From an uncultured cyanobacterium (lineage in GTDB: Bacteria > Cyanobacteriota > Cyanobacteriia > Cyanobacteriales > CAWCAG01), in NCBI GenBank assembly GCA_963793425.1, contig CAWCAG010000005.1, positions 1,440,001-1,504,000 on the forward strand: a stretch of 64,000 bases of DNA. Reading direction: 5' to 3'. The notes beneath the pieces were generated by a model. The model was given only the letters and a program-made list of their open reading frames with translations, did no database searches and was not told where the DNA came from. Shown in pieces: positions 18,891 to 29,694 of this stretch (position 1 is its first letter; each line of letters opens with the position of its first letter). The translations under genes and the position numbers were made by a program.

Positions 18891-20687
18891 GTGACTTCTC
18901 ACCAAGATATTCAATCTCTGATTGCCGATTTAGATAACCTTCTTCTTAATGCTGATACTGATCAACAGGAAGTTCTAGAAGAGGTTCGCAGCTATTTAGT
19001 AACCTTGCCCTTATCCTCGCCCCAGCAAAGTGGGGAGGGGGATCTCACTGCCACAGAACAAATAACTGCTGAGGCGATCGCAAAAGCTGTTTTGGGGGAG
19101 ATGGAGAGTTTACGGGCTGAGATGACTGGTTCTGTAGAGAAGGAGTTAGCTGTACTACGCCAGCAACGAGAAGCGATGGAAAAAGATATCAAGAGGCTGG
19201 AAGTACAGCAGCAACAGATGATGGCTGAGTTTTTACAGAAGTTAGGGAGTAGCTGTGTAGAAACTTTGACGCGAGAAGTAACTAATACTTTGGAGAAGTT
19301 GGAGATGCAATTTTTGAGCAACAATTCTCCAGATACTCCCGCTGCTTTTCAGCACAGATTACGCTTGGAACAACTACAACAGTTCCAAAGGCGTTCGGAT
19401 CGCTTGTTGGTGAATTTAGATACGACCCTCCAAACGGTTTTTCAAACCCTAGAAAGAAATTTATATTCTTACCAAGAATCTTTGTCCCAAAGTGCAGAAA
19501 ATATTCATAGTTTGGGGCAACAAGGGGAGACGATGTTTACCTTTTTGATTAATCGTCTGCTCCAGCAGTTGGGGGAACCAGATTCTGTTGCTGATGCTCA
19601 AAAAGAGTCTGATTTACAGCCACCAGAAGAGGAGGCAGAAGAACCAGTTGTTGTAGAAGAAATTTCCCCTCTTTTGCCTGAACAAACGCAATTGTTTCCC
19701 TTTGCGGGAACGGAAATCACTTCACCAGGGGAGATTTGGCAAGAAGAAGAGGATCTTGGGCAACCTCAGAAATCTTCAGAAGTAGATAATTTGCTATACC
19801 TCGATTTGAGTCGCGAAAAAGTGGCTCTGCCGGGGGTTTATGGTCGTTCTGATGATGCTTCAGAATTTACCGAAGAAGTGGATACACAGAATGAAGAGGA
19901 AAATAGCGACATTGATGTGATGGAAGATGTTTTATTTGATTCTTCAGAGAATGTTGAGGCTAATCAGTTTGCTGAGAACGATTCTAAGGCTGAGTCTAAT
20001 TCTCCTCAAGAAGTTTTGTTTGGCGAAAAAGTTACTGAAGAAAGTGATGAGGTAGAACAAGTTGAAACCATTACTGCTTTGACAGATGTTTTGGAACAGG
20101 CTGCTGTTGATCTAGAGCAAATTACTGATTCAGAAGAAGGAGAGGTGGCAACACGATTAAATTCTGATTTAGAGGATTTTGTCCCTGCTTCTCCTCATGA
20201 GAATTTATTGCCCACAGAAGATCGGAGTCGGGAAGCGGCGCTGCCAGATATCATTGACACTAACACCCTCGAAAAGCTAAATGAAGATTTAGAACTTTTT
20301 GAAGAAGGGGGCAAAGAGGAGGATGAAGGGCCTGATACAGAAATACAGTTGGCTGATGGCGAAACCATTTTAGCAGCAGAAGAATCTGAACCGGATACAG
20401 AAATTCAGTTGGTAAATTCTCCTAATGATATAGAATTGCCAGAATTTGCCTCTGAAGACCTAGAAAACAATGAAGAAATGGTCGATAGTAGTTCCAGTTC
20501 AGATGCAGAAGTTTTGACACCGCCAGAAGAATTATTGGGAGAAAATTTAGAGAACTTGTTAATTGAGAGTTTTGCCAACGAACAAGAATTATCATCCCAA
20601 TTGCAGATGGACAAAATCACTGGATTTTCTCAAGAATTTTTCTGGGATGAGTCGGAGGAAGAAGAGGAAAAAGAAAATAATGACTAG
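18891..20687 (+). CDS. Hypothetical coiled-coil protein with long acidic low-complexity C-terminus
   Basis: 598-aa ORF; N-terminal helical region, E/D-rich second half. Confidence 0.75.
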   Translation: MTSHQDIQSLIADLDNLLLNADTDQQEVLEEVRSYLVTLPLSSPQQSGEGDLTATEQITAEAIAKAVLGEMESLRAEMTGSVEKELAVLRQQREAMEKDIKRLEVQQQQMMAEFLQKLGSSCVETLTREVTNTLEKLEMQFLSNNSPDTPAAFQHRLRLEQLQQFQRRSDRLLVNLDTTLQTVFQTLERNLYSYQESLSQSAENIHSLGQQGETMFTFLINRLLQQLGEPDSVADAQKESDLQPPEEEAEEPVVVEEISPLLPEQTQLFPFAGTEITSPGEIWQEEEDLGQPQKSSEVDNLLYLDLSREKVALPGVYGRSDDASEFTEEVDTQNEEENSDIDVMEDVLFDSSENVEANQFAENDSKAESNSPQEVLFGEKVTEESDEVEQVETITALTDVLEQAAVDLEQITDSEEGEVATRLNSDLEDFVPASPHENLLPTEDRSREAALPDIIDTNTLEKLNEDLELFEEGGKEEDEGPDTEIQLADGETILAAEESEPDTEIQLVNSPNDIELPEFASEDLENNEEMVDSSSSSDAEVLTPPEELLGENLENLLIESFANEQELSSQLQMDKITGFSQEFFWDESEEEEEKENND

Positions 20688-20756
20688 TTGCTAATGGCCA
20701 ATAGTTTCCCCCCAATTCCTTGCTCTCCAGCTCCCTAATTTTCCATCTCTTTCCTC

Positions 20757-22496
20757 ATGAAACAATCAAAAACTGATAAAAATCTTTGGTATCTAGGCAT
20801 AGATTTTGGTACTACTAGGCTGACGGCAATGTTGTTTAACTCTGCCTCTGGTAAGCAGTATCCGCTTTATTGGTCTTTTTTAAATAAGCAAGGAGCTTGG
20901 GAATCTAGTTTTCGCTTGCCAGCAGTAGCCTATTATGGGCCGGAGGTAAAGGAGACAAAGAAGAAAGATGATGAGGCTTTTTCTCCTTTTGTGGTTGGTA
21001 CTGCTGCTTATAACTTTCAACAACACTCAGGTATTTTTTTAGAGAATTTTAAGGCTTTTTTCCATCTAGCCGTTCCTTATTATCGAACTGAAGGCGGTCA
21101 ATGGGAACCGAAGTTGCGAGGGTTTGGTTCCAGGTTGGTTTCTTTGCATTTGGTGCAAATAGCTTTACAGACTTTATTACAAACTTTAGTTCCTGCTTCA
21201 GAAGAAAAGGAGGAACTGGCCCAGTCTTCCTCTATTTTGGGGGCAGTAGGTTGTGAGCAAGATACTCTCAAAGGCACTTTGCAGGACTTAGAGGGTGTGA
21301 TTGTTAGTCGTCCAGGTGGATGGGGAGATACCTACGGTTTTAACCTGCGAGAATCTATTTTAAAGGCAAATTTGGTGGCAAGACCAGAGCAAATTTTCTT
21401 TTTGGAAGAGGCGATCGCAGTTTTACTGGCTAATCTTCAGGGACAAGAAGAGGAGGAAGCCCCCCAAGGTGCAACTTTAGTTATTCAAGCCGGGGCAACT
21501 ACAACAGAATTGCTTTTAGGTAATATACCCGAAGATTTAGCAAATTTAACGCGACAAGATTTAGCTCTTTATAGTTTTAATTTTGGTGGTGATTCCTTAG
21601 ACCAAGATATTTTTTGTCAGTTGCTTTATCCTTATTGGTCACAGCAACAACCCACTTTTAAACTAGAAACAGACTCTTTTCCAGTTGTGGCCCAGGTAGA
21701 AGCAGAAAGGCGCTCTCAATTGGATTTGACTTTAAAAAGTTCTCCAGTTGGTCAATCTCTTTTAGAAGCAGCTAAGTTGGCTAAGTTTATCCTTCAATAT
21801 CGTCCCGAATTAACTTCACCTATTGGGGATTTACGTTGGCATCTTAAGAAAGAAGATTTAGAAACGAAGGTAATTCAACCTTATGTTCAGCAAATTAATC
21901 AATATCTAAATCAATTACTTAGCACTACAGGAATTTCTGACCAATTAGTAGAAAGAGTAATTTGTAGCGGTGGCACAACCGTAACTATCTGGCCTGTTTT
22001 AGCACAATGGTTAAAACAAAAGTTACCTAATGCTCAAATCATTCAAGATACAGGAGAAAATAGCTTAACTAGAGTTGCTTCTGGTTTAACTCATTTAGTC
22101 AGGTTTCCTCAGTTAGTAAAACGCTTACAACATCAGTATAGTGATTATTTTCTCCTACGGGAATTGTTGGGAATTTTCCCACAAGAGCCTCAATCTTTAA
22201 CAACAATTTTCAACTCTTTAGAGCGTCGCGGTATTAACACCGATGCTTGTTATCAGCGCTTGCTTGCTTTGATGAAAGGAGAGTTACCCAGGGGTTTGAT
22301 ACCTTTAACTTCTGAATATAGTTGGCTATCCTTACCCCCAAATTCTGAATTTAACCTGGAACCTCTGTTTATGGTTCAAGAAGATGGTCTTTATGCTCCT
22401 AATCAAGAACAATATTTAAAGTTAAAGCAACATCTACAAGCAATTTTGTTAGCAACAGAGCAGAAGTTGGAAGATCCTTTGAGCTTTGATTTATGA
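20757..22496 (+). CDS. Hsp70/actin-like ATPase-fold protein
   Basis: YLGIDFGTT, EEAIAV, VIQAGATTTE, FGGDSLD, ICSGG. Confidence 0.8.
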   Translation: MKQSKTDKNLWYLGIDFGTTRLTAMLFNSASGKQYPLYWSFLNKQGAWESSFRLPAVAYYGPEVKETKKKDDEAFSPFVVGTAAYNFQQHSGIFLENFKAFFHLAVPYYRTEGGQWEPKLRGFGSRLVSLHLVQIALQTLLQTLVPASEEKEELAQSSSILGAVGCEQDTLKGTLQDLEGVIVSRPGGWGDTYGFNLRESILKANLVARPEQIFFLEEAIAVLLANLQGQEEEEAPQGATLVIQAGATTTELLLGNIPEDLANLTRQDLALYSFNFGGDSLDQDIFCQLLYPYWSQQQPTFKLETDSFPVVAQVEAERRSQLDLTLKSSPVGQSLLEAAKLAKFILQYRPELTSPIGDLRWHLKKEDLETKVIQPYVQQINQYLNQLLSTTGISDQLVERVICSGGTTVTIWPVLAQWLKQKLPNAQIIQDTGENSLTRVASGLTHLVRFPQLVKRLQHQYSDYFLLRELLGIFPQEPQSLTTIFNSLERRGINTDACYQRLLALMKGELPRGLIPLTSEYSWLSLPPNSEFNLEPLFMVQEDGLYAPNQEQYLKLKQHLQAILLATEQKLEDPLSFDL

Positions 22497-22502
22497 TAAT
22501 TT

Positions 22503-22586
22503 GCTAATGGCTAATGGCTAATGGCTAGTTGCTAGTTGTTATCGGTTAATATGTAACTAATAAATGTTTAATGTAGCCTACGGCAA
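22503..22586 (+). repeat. STRR (GCTAATG/GCTAGTT) plus short dispersed repeat AAATGTTTAATGTAGCCTACGGCAA
   Basis: 25-mer at 22562-22586 identical to 59915-59939. Confidence 0.8.
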
Positions 22587-22615
22587 GGCTTACGCCAATT
22601 AATGATAAATGATCA

Positions 22616-23155
22616 ATGAACTTACCTACTTGGATTACTTTTTCTCGCTTACTTGGTTTACCTTTTATTTTGTATCTCCTCCACAATCCTACAACTCAAG
22701 GTAGATGGATTTGCTTGGCTATTTTCTTGATCGCAGCAGGGACAGATTGGGTAGATGGTTACTTAGCCAGGAAATTAAATCAAGTTACAGATTTAGGTAA
22801 GTTTCTTGACCCTTTAGTTGATAAACTGTTGGTGATAGGTTCGTTTTTAGCACTGATAGAAATGGGCTTAGTTCCGGCTTGGGGAGTTTGTTTAATTTTA
22901 GCTAGGGAACTTGCTATTTCTGGGTGGCGAGTTAATCCTAATTTGACTAGTTCTATTCAAGGAGCTAACATTTGGGGCAAGTTGAAAACAGTCAGTCAAA
23001 TAGCTGCGATCGCACTTTTAATTGCGCCTTTGCCTTCAACTTGGCAAACAGCTTCTTTAGTTGTTTTTTGGTTGTCTGTAGCTTTAACTTTGGTTTCTGG
23101 AGTTATTTATATTTATCCTCAAACTTTAGGTAGCAAGGTTTCTTCAGTAGAGTGA
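22616..23155 (+). CDS. pgsA: CDP-diacylglycerol--glycerol-3-phosphate 3-phosphatidyltransferase
   Basis: MNLPTWITFSR; DWVDGYLAR...GKFLDPLVDK; GKLKT. Confidence 0.95.
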   Translation: MNLPTWITFSRLLGLPFILYLLHNPTTQGRWICLAIFLIAAGTDWVDGYLARKLNQVTDLGKFLDPLVDKLLVIGSFLALIEMGLVPAWGVCLILARELAISGWRVNPNLTSSIQGANIWGKLKTVSQIAAIALLIAPLPSTWQTASLVVFWLSVALTLVSGVIYIYPQTLGSKVSSVE

Positions 23156-23170
23156 TAAAAAAGATTTTAT

Positions 23171-26100
23171 TTAAAAATCATGTCTTTTTTCACAAAGATA
23201 ACGATCACTCTGATCAACGTAAGGATTGTTAAGTAAATAATCTCGCAACCAATGGCCACCACGCATTAGTAAGTCCTCTAAATAATCTAACTCAAAATTC
23301 CATAACATCACCGTGCGATCGCCGCTAGCAGTGGCAATAGTTTTACCGTCAGGGCTAAAGCTGATACTGGTTACAGCATCTTTATGTCCTCGGAAGGTTT
23401 GTAACTCTTCCCCTGCTAAGTTCCATAATTTCAGGGTTCCGTCGGCACTAGCGGTAGCAATAGTTTTACCATCAGGACTAAAACGGACTGCTAAGACAGA
23501 ATTGTTGTGACTAGCTAAGGTTTTAATTTCTTCTCCTTGCAAGTTCCAAAGTTTTGCTGTCCCATCTAAACTAGCTGTGGCGATCATTTTACCATCAGGA
23601 CTAAAAACAACTCTTAAGATGCCGTGATCGTGTCTAATTAGAGTCTTTAATTCTTCCCCTTTTAGGTTCCACAATTTGACAGTGCTGTCATCGCTAGCAG
23701 TGACAATTAAATTATTTAAAGGGCTGAAATTAACATCAAAAACTGCTCCTTGGTGTCCTTGTAAAGTGAGAACTTCTTGCCCTTGTAAGTTCCAAATTCG
23801 GGCAGTACGATCAAAACTTGCTGTAGCAATTTTTTGACCATCAATGCTGAAGTTAGCACAGTAAACTTTGTCTTGATGTCCTTGTAAAGTGAGAATTTCT
23901 TGCCCTTGTAAGTTCCAAATTCGAGCGGTATGATCAAGACTTGCTGTGACAATTTTCTGCCCATCAGGACTAAAGCTTAAGCCATTAACTGCATCCTCGT
24001 GTCCTTGGAGGTTTTGTAACACTTCCCCTTCAAGATTCCAAAGTTTAGCAATTTTGTCGCCACATCCTGTGGCTAAAGTTTGACCATCAGGACTAAAACG
24101 AACGCAAGTAACATAGTTATTATGACCCCGGAGAGTTTGTTTGGCCTCTTCTTCCAAACTCCAAAGTTTCACGGTTTTATCTCCACTTCCTGTCGCTAAA
24201 GTTTTACCATCTAAGCTAAAACTAAGGCTATAAACGGCATTTTCATGACCAGAAAGGGTTTGTTGTTCTTCTCCTTTCAAGTTCCAAAGTTTCACTGTTT
24301 TATCACCGCTTCCTGTGGCGATAGTACTGCCATCTGGACTAAAAGTGATGCTATAAACTGCTTCGGTATGATGGCTTAGGGTAACAATTTCTTCCCCTTC
24401 CAAACTCCAAAGTTTAGCGGTTTTATCATCGCTAGCAGTTGCTAGCAAGCCACCCACAGGGCTAAAAGCAACTTTGTAGATGGGGCTGTCATGGGCCAAA
24501 TTGTTCTTAGCAGTTCCCCGGCTAAATTCCATATTTTTACTGTGCCATCTTCACTCGCACTAACTAATAGTTTACCGTCAGGACTAAAACTAACTCGATA
24601 AACTGCCCCTTCATGACCTTGGAGAGTTTTAATTTCTTGCTCTCCATTAATCGACCAAAGCTTAATAGTTTTATCCCGACTAGCGCTAGCTAATAATTTA
24701 CCATCAGGGCTAAAACTAACTCGATAAACTTCATCTTCATGACCAGAAAAGACTTTTAATTGCTCTCCTTCCAGGTTCCACAAACGAATGGTTTTATCGC
24801 CACTAGAAGTAGCAATAGTTTGGCTATCTGGGGCAAAAGTTACCCGATAAATAACAGCTTCATGACCTCTAATTGTGTTTAGTTTTTCACCTTGACGACT
24901 CCAAATTATTACGGTTTTATCCCAACTCGCGGTAGCTATTTTTTCCCCATCAGAACTAATAGTAACGCTAAAAACTGCGGCATCGTGACCTTGTAAACGG
25001 TTGCGTTCTTTAACGCCTTGAATAGTCTGGCGTAATCTATCCATGGTTTCGATTTTAAGCTTTTGGGTAACTTGGGCGTGGAGTAGCTTTTTTCCTGCTT
25101 TGACACTAGCTACTAATGCCCCTAATTGATCATGGGATAGTAGGAGAGTTTTTGCTAAAGAATTAAGGGCTTTTATTTCAGCAACTTCCGCTCTTTGACG
25201 CTGTTTTTTCTCCTGTGCCAGAGATTGTTTAAGTTGTTGTTTGGTTAGTTCTAACTCTAAGGATCTTGGTTGGTATTTTTGTCTAATTAAATTAACTAAA
25301 TAGTCATGAACAAGCTGATAATATTCTAGTTGAGAGCCTGGGTAACGGGCAATCAAACCAGAACCAACTAAAATGGTTAAAACTAAATTTAGCTGTTCAT
25401 TAGGTGATTCTGTATCTGAAGCAAGTTCTTCTTTGGTTTGGAAAGGACGAGTGTTGTTTTCATCGGTAAGATAATACAAAACTCTTTGGGCTGCTTGTTC
25501 ATTTTCTTGACCACAATCTTCAACTACTGTTGCTAAATAATGCTCCACAAGCTTTTCTTTTGGTCCACACACTTTATACTCCGTTAAAGAAGTAATATCT
25601 TCTCTTTGTAATTGCGCTCCTACAATTTGTAATTCAATCGGCAAAACTTCTCCTAAATCCCCGGCCAAATCCCTAACTAACTGCTCAATTAATTCTGATT
25701 CGAGATGAAATTGAGCGCGGTCTGTTAAACTTTGAATTACTGATTTAGCGTCTTGAGCAGTAAAGTTACCTAAATAATAAAGGATGTCTTTATCAAGAAT
25801 ATTGTTGTCAATGATATTTAGTTTTGTAGTACGGCTACATTCTAAAAGGTAATGTAAATAATCTTCGCGAATGGAAATAATAACCTTAACATAAGGTATC
25901 GCTAAACATTGGCGGAAAAACTCATAAAATAATTTTCTACTTTGCCGTTCTTTATGAACAAAGAAAAATTCTTCAAATTGGTCTAAAATTAAAACAGTTA
26001 AAAGGTTACTTTGGGCATTTTCTTGCAGTCGGTCAATAATTTGCTGAATGCTGGGTTTGCTTTGACCTAAGATTAAATGTTGGGGTGATCCCGGCTTAAA

Positions 26101-27792
26101 AGCAATGTCTTTTAAAGCATTATCAATTATTCCTAACCAATCACTATAAACTCGTAACAAAATAGGTACAGCTTCTCTACCTTCAGGATTTGACAGTTTC
26201 AAAGCAGGTAATAACCCGGCTTCAACAATAGAGCTTTTACCCACCCCAGATTGCCCATAAATTACTGTCAACTTACGGGCAGGTAAAGTAATTCTTTCTA
26301 ACAAACGGTTTACATCTTGCTGTCGCCCAGAAACCGCGACAATATCTTCAAAAGTATTATCCTGGTCTTGCTGTCCGCTCAAAACTTTACTAGCAACCAT
26401 CTGACGGTGAGGCTGAAGCTTACCAGCTCCAATAAAAGCCCGCAAACCGTATTGAGTCTGAATTTCTCTCCTCGCCTGCTTAATTTTAAAAGCCCGAAGA
26501 TATTTCCCCTGCTCAAAATACAAAGTTCCTAACTCATCTAAAATTGAAATATAAAGTTGAGGGTCATAACTAGGAGAACATTGATCCCCAGCGATTTCCA
26601 AATGTGCGATCGCCGTCGTCATTTTCTCCAACCGTTGTAATTGAGGAACCGTTTGTCCTAAACTTCGGGCAAGCAGAAAATGATACAAACCTTCGGCTTG
26701 GGGTTGAGATTGGGGAATTTGGTCAAAAATTTCTAAAGCTTGTTTCGCTAATTGATTTGCTTCTTGCCAATGAAACTGTTCCAAAGCTACTTCTGCTAAA
26801 AATCCGTAGTCTTGGGCAATTTGTTCTGGCTCACCATAATCTTGGTGTAAAGTCAAGGCTTTTTGAGCTAAATTTTGCAGTTGTTCCCAAGCTTTCAAAC
26901 GCCTGAGAACTTCCCCTAATTGACTAATATGTTCTGCTACTAAACTAGGTAATTGGGCTTGTTCAAAAATAGCTAAACATTGTTGTAAACAATCGCTAGC
27001 TTGTTGCCAATAATGCCGCCTTTTTTCCTGTTGTTTTTCCCCTTCTGAGTAAAACACAAAAGCTATATTTAATAAAACCGTACCTTGGCGTTCTAAATTA
27101 TTACTTTCTTGCCAAAAAGTTAAACTCTTTTTGTAGTGAGCGATCGCCTGCTCAATTTGATTATTATTGATAGCCAAAGAAGCCAGAATAAATTCCCATC
27201 CTGCCTCTTGCTTAGGGCTTAAAACCCCAGGACGTTGCGCTAAATCTTGTTGAACTGCTTGCAACTCATAATCATCTAAACCAAAGCTAGAATCAGCAGA
27301 AAAAGCTCTTTCTACTTGTTTTTCCACAAAAGCTCTTAACTCTTCATCGGGCATTAAAAAATGAATTGGTGCGCCTCCCCAACTACTTAAATCGGGGGCT
27401 AAACGACATAGTTTTTTTAAGACTTTATCTGTAACCCAAACCACTAAAGGAAAAGGAAAGTTAGCCTTAACTTTATCCCGCGCCCGATTTACTGTTACTA
27501 AGAGTTTATCAAGGTCTTTAACCTCTTCTAAACCCAAAATCATCAAGCTTTCTGGTTCCTTATCTTGATAATCATAAGCAACCATTTCTCGAATAGTTTG
27601 AGTTAATTGAGGCAGAAATAATTTATCAAAACCAACTTCATACTCTTTTTCCAGTTTCTTCAGAAAATGCGTCCGCACATGGGTATAATTACACCAAACA
27701 AAATGCAAAGAAAACCGTCCTTGTGCTAGTTTCATCGTCCTAGCTAAGGTTTTCAAAGAACGTTCGTTTTCTTCTTGAGCAATATCTTTCAT
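23171..27792 (-). CDS. NLR-like protein: degenerate P-loop-like N-domain, TPR, STAND (nSTAND1-like) NTPase, about 14 WD40 repeats; frameshift near 24499
   Basis: GQSGVGKSS, LILDQFEE, YQLVHDYL; GH...SFSPDG...TAS.D.T..LW repeats; ORFs 24442-27792 and 23171-24532 join with one added base (RTILAHDSPIY). Confidence 0.88.
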
Positions 27793-27819
27793 AGCAGAGA
27801 ACGGGGAACAGAGTCTGGT

Positions 27820-27900
27820 AAAAGTAATAAGTAATAAGTAATAAGTAATAAGTAATAAGTAATAAGTTTGACCTATATACCATTACTTTTGACAAAGATT
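27820..27900 (+). repeat. Composite repeat: (AAGTAAT)6 + 37-nt tail, copy 2
   Basis: Matches 8137-8210. Confidence 0.85.
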
Positions 27901-28022
27901 AAAGAAACACTTCTTGATAATACCTACGATTTTATAAGAGTTTGGTAGTAGTGTTTCACAGAAGGGGAATTAGGGAACTAGGGAGATGGTTTGACTGATT
28001 ATTGTTCGGCTTGCCGTTACCG

Positions 28023-29431
28023 CTAGGCATCATTGTTCGGCTTGCCATTGTCGTAGACATCATTGACCCAAAGTTTGTACTTTTTAGTTTCTAAAAGCAG
28101 AGGATTAATACCGAACCAATTACCTTCTTCGTCGCGATATTCAAAGACGAACATACTACGTAAAAGGAGTTGATATTCTTCTTCTCCTTTCACCTTTTGT
28201 TCTTCCACTACCTTAAATAATAACTCCCATTCCCGATCATCGATAGCCAATAAAAGGCGATCGCGAGATTCCCTGATAATTCTTTCTAGAGTATTAATAG
28301 AAATAGGTGGATCTTGTTCTTGAATGCAACGATAAACCATCCCTAATAAATTGCGGATATGACCCCCGCTAATACGGCAGACCCGATCTAAGGTTTGGAG
28401 GTCATCAAACACCTCTGTAACGTAGTTGAGACGTTCTTGGGGGCTAAATCTGGGAAGGCTTTAGCTAAGATCAATTGCCGTAGTAATTCTAAACCCTCTT
28501 GGTATATTTCTCCGGTACGAGACTGCACCGCAACCATCGGTAACATTTTGGGGTCAATTCCTCCCCCCAAGCGATTTTTCATCGCTTCTCTTTCGTTAGA
28601 AAATATTAAAGCTAAGGGAATAGTATAAACCAAATGACAATTGAGTTTGCGTAGTTGATCACCACGATCTACAAACAGATATTCTGGTTGCAACCTCCCA
28701 GAAGAAAGGGGACGGTTATCAATGCGATCTAAGTTATCAATGATTACTACTAAACCATATTTGCCACGACTACGAAGTTCTTCGATGGCAACTTCGAGGA
28801 TTTCTTTGTTGATGAACTGTAAAATCCTTGAGGTTTGGGGTTCTAAATACTGCCTTAATTTAGAACGCAGTTGCTGAGAGTTTTTGGTAGTAGTAGTAAT
28901 TCTAGCAATACCCATAGGTAAAGAAAAAGCTAACTCCCCTTCGCTACTAGCTTCCAAAGTTCCTACACCGGGAAATTCAGCTTCTGCATTAACCACAATA
29001 GGAGTTTTTAAAAAGTCTGCTACCCCTCGTAAAAAAGCTTTGAAACCTTTAGGTTCAAGGTGAATATTACTCTCTTCCAAACTCTTGCTTACCTGACGGG
29101 CAATGGCGAGTAAAATATCAGTTATATCAACATCAGTTTCATCCAAATCTTCCGTAGACTCAAAATAAACTACATGAAAGCCCTGATCTTCCAATTCTGC
29201 TTTCAGGCGCAATAATTCTGTAGACTTACCGCAACCGATATGCCCTGTGAATAACTGACAAGTGGGCTTGCGGGGGGAAAGTCGTGTTATAGTTCTTTTC
29301 AATGCTTCAATAACTTTGCCTCCTCGCACAGAAGCAAAGTCTATATAATACTGCCTATCCTCAGCATTTTCTATCACCAGTGTTCTACTAGGATCGCAGG
29401 CATCAAAAAATCTTTGTAAGTTTAACTCCAT
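28023..29431 (-). CDS. P-loop ATPase upstream of the WD40 NLR-like gene; frameshift near 28441
   Basis: GHIGCGKSTEL Walker A, VVIIDNLDR Walker B, SGGHIRNL; ORFs join with one base added to the G5 run at 28439-28443. Confidence 0.88.
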
Positions 29432-29694
29432 AAGACTGTATCGCTTCCGTTGCTTTAGATATTCCCTTGTAAACTTTCTCTTGCTCTTGTTGAATTCTAC
29501 GGGGCTTAGAAGAGCAATTCCGGCTAGCTACCCTTTAATTTAATGGTTATTTACGGGTAGGGTTTTTGACAAGGGGGTGAGACAGTTGAGGAATTGTCAT
29601 TACCTATTGGTAACAAGCTATTCTAATTAATATTAGTTTGCTTAAAATGGCGCTAGAATCAGTTTAGCTCAAGCTTTACCCGCTTCTTTCTGCT

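Noticed and set aside
23740..23980. Near-identical 123-bp DNA repeats
   Set aside because: Adjacent WD40 units of the same gene; ordinary intragenic duplication
28001..28046. 15-bp direct repeat ATTGTTCGGCTTGCC spanning the ATPase stop codon
   Set aside because: Looks like a small local duplication with 31-bp period; no evidence for an att site or target duplication
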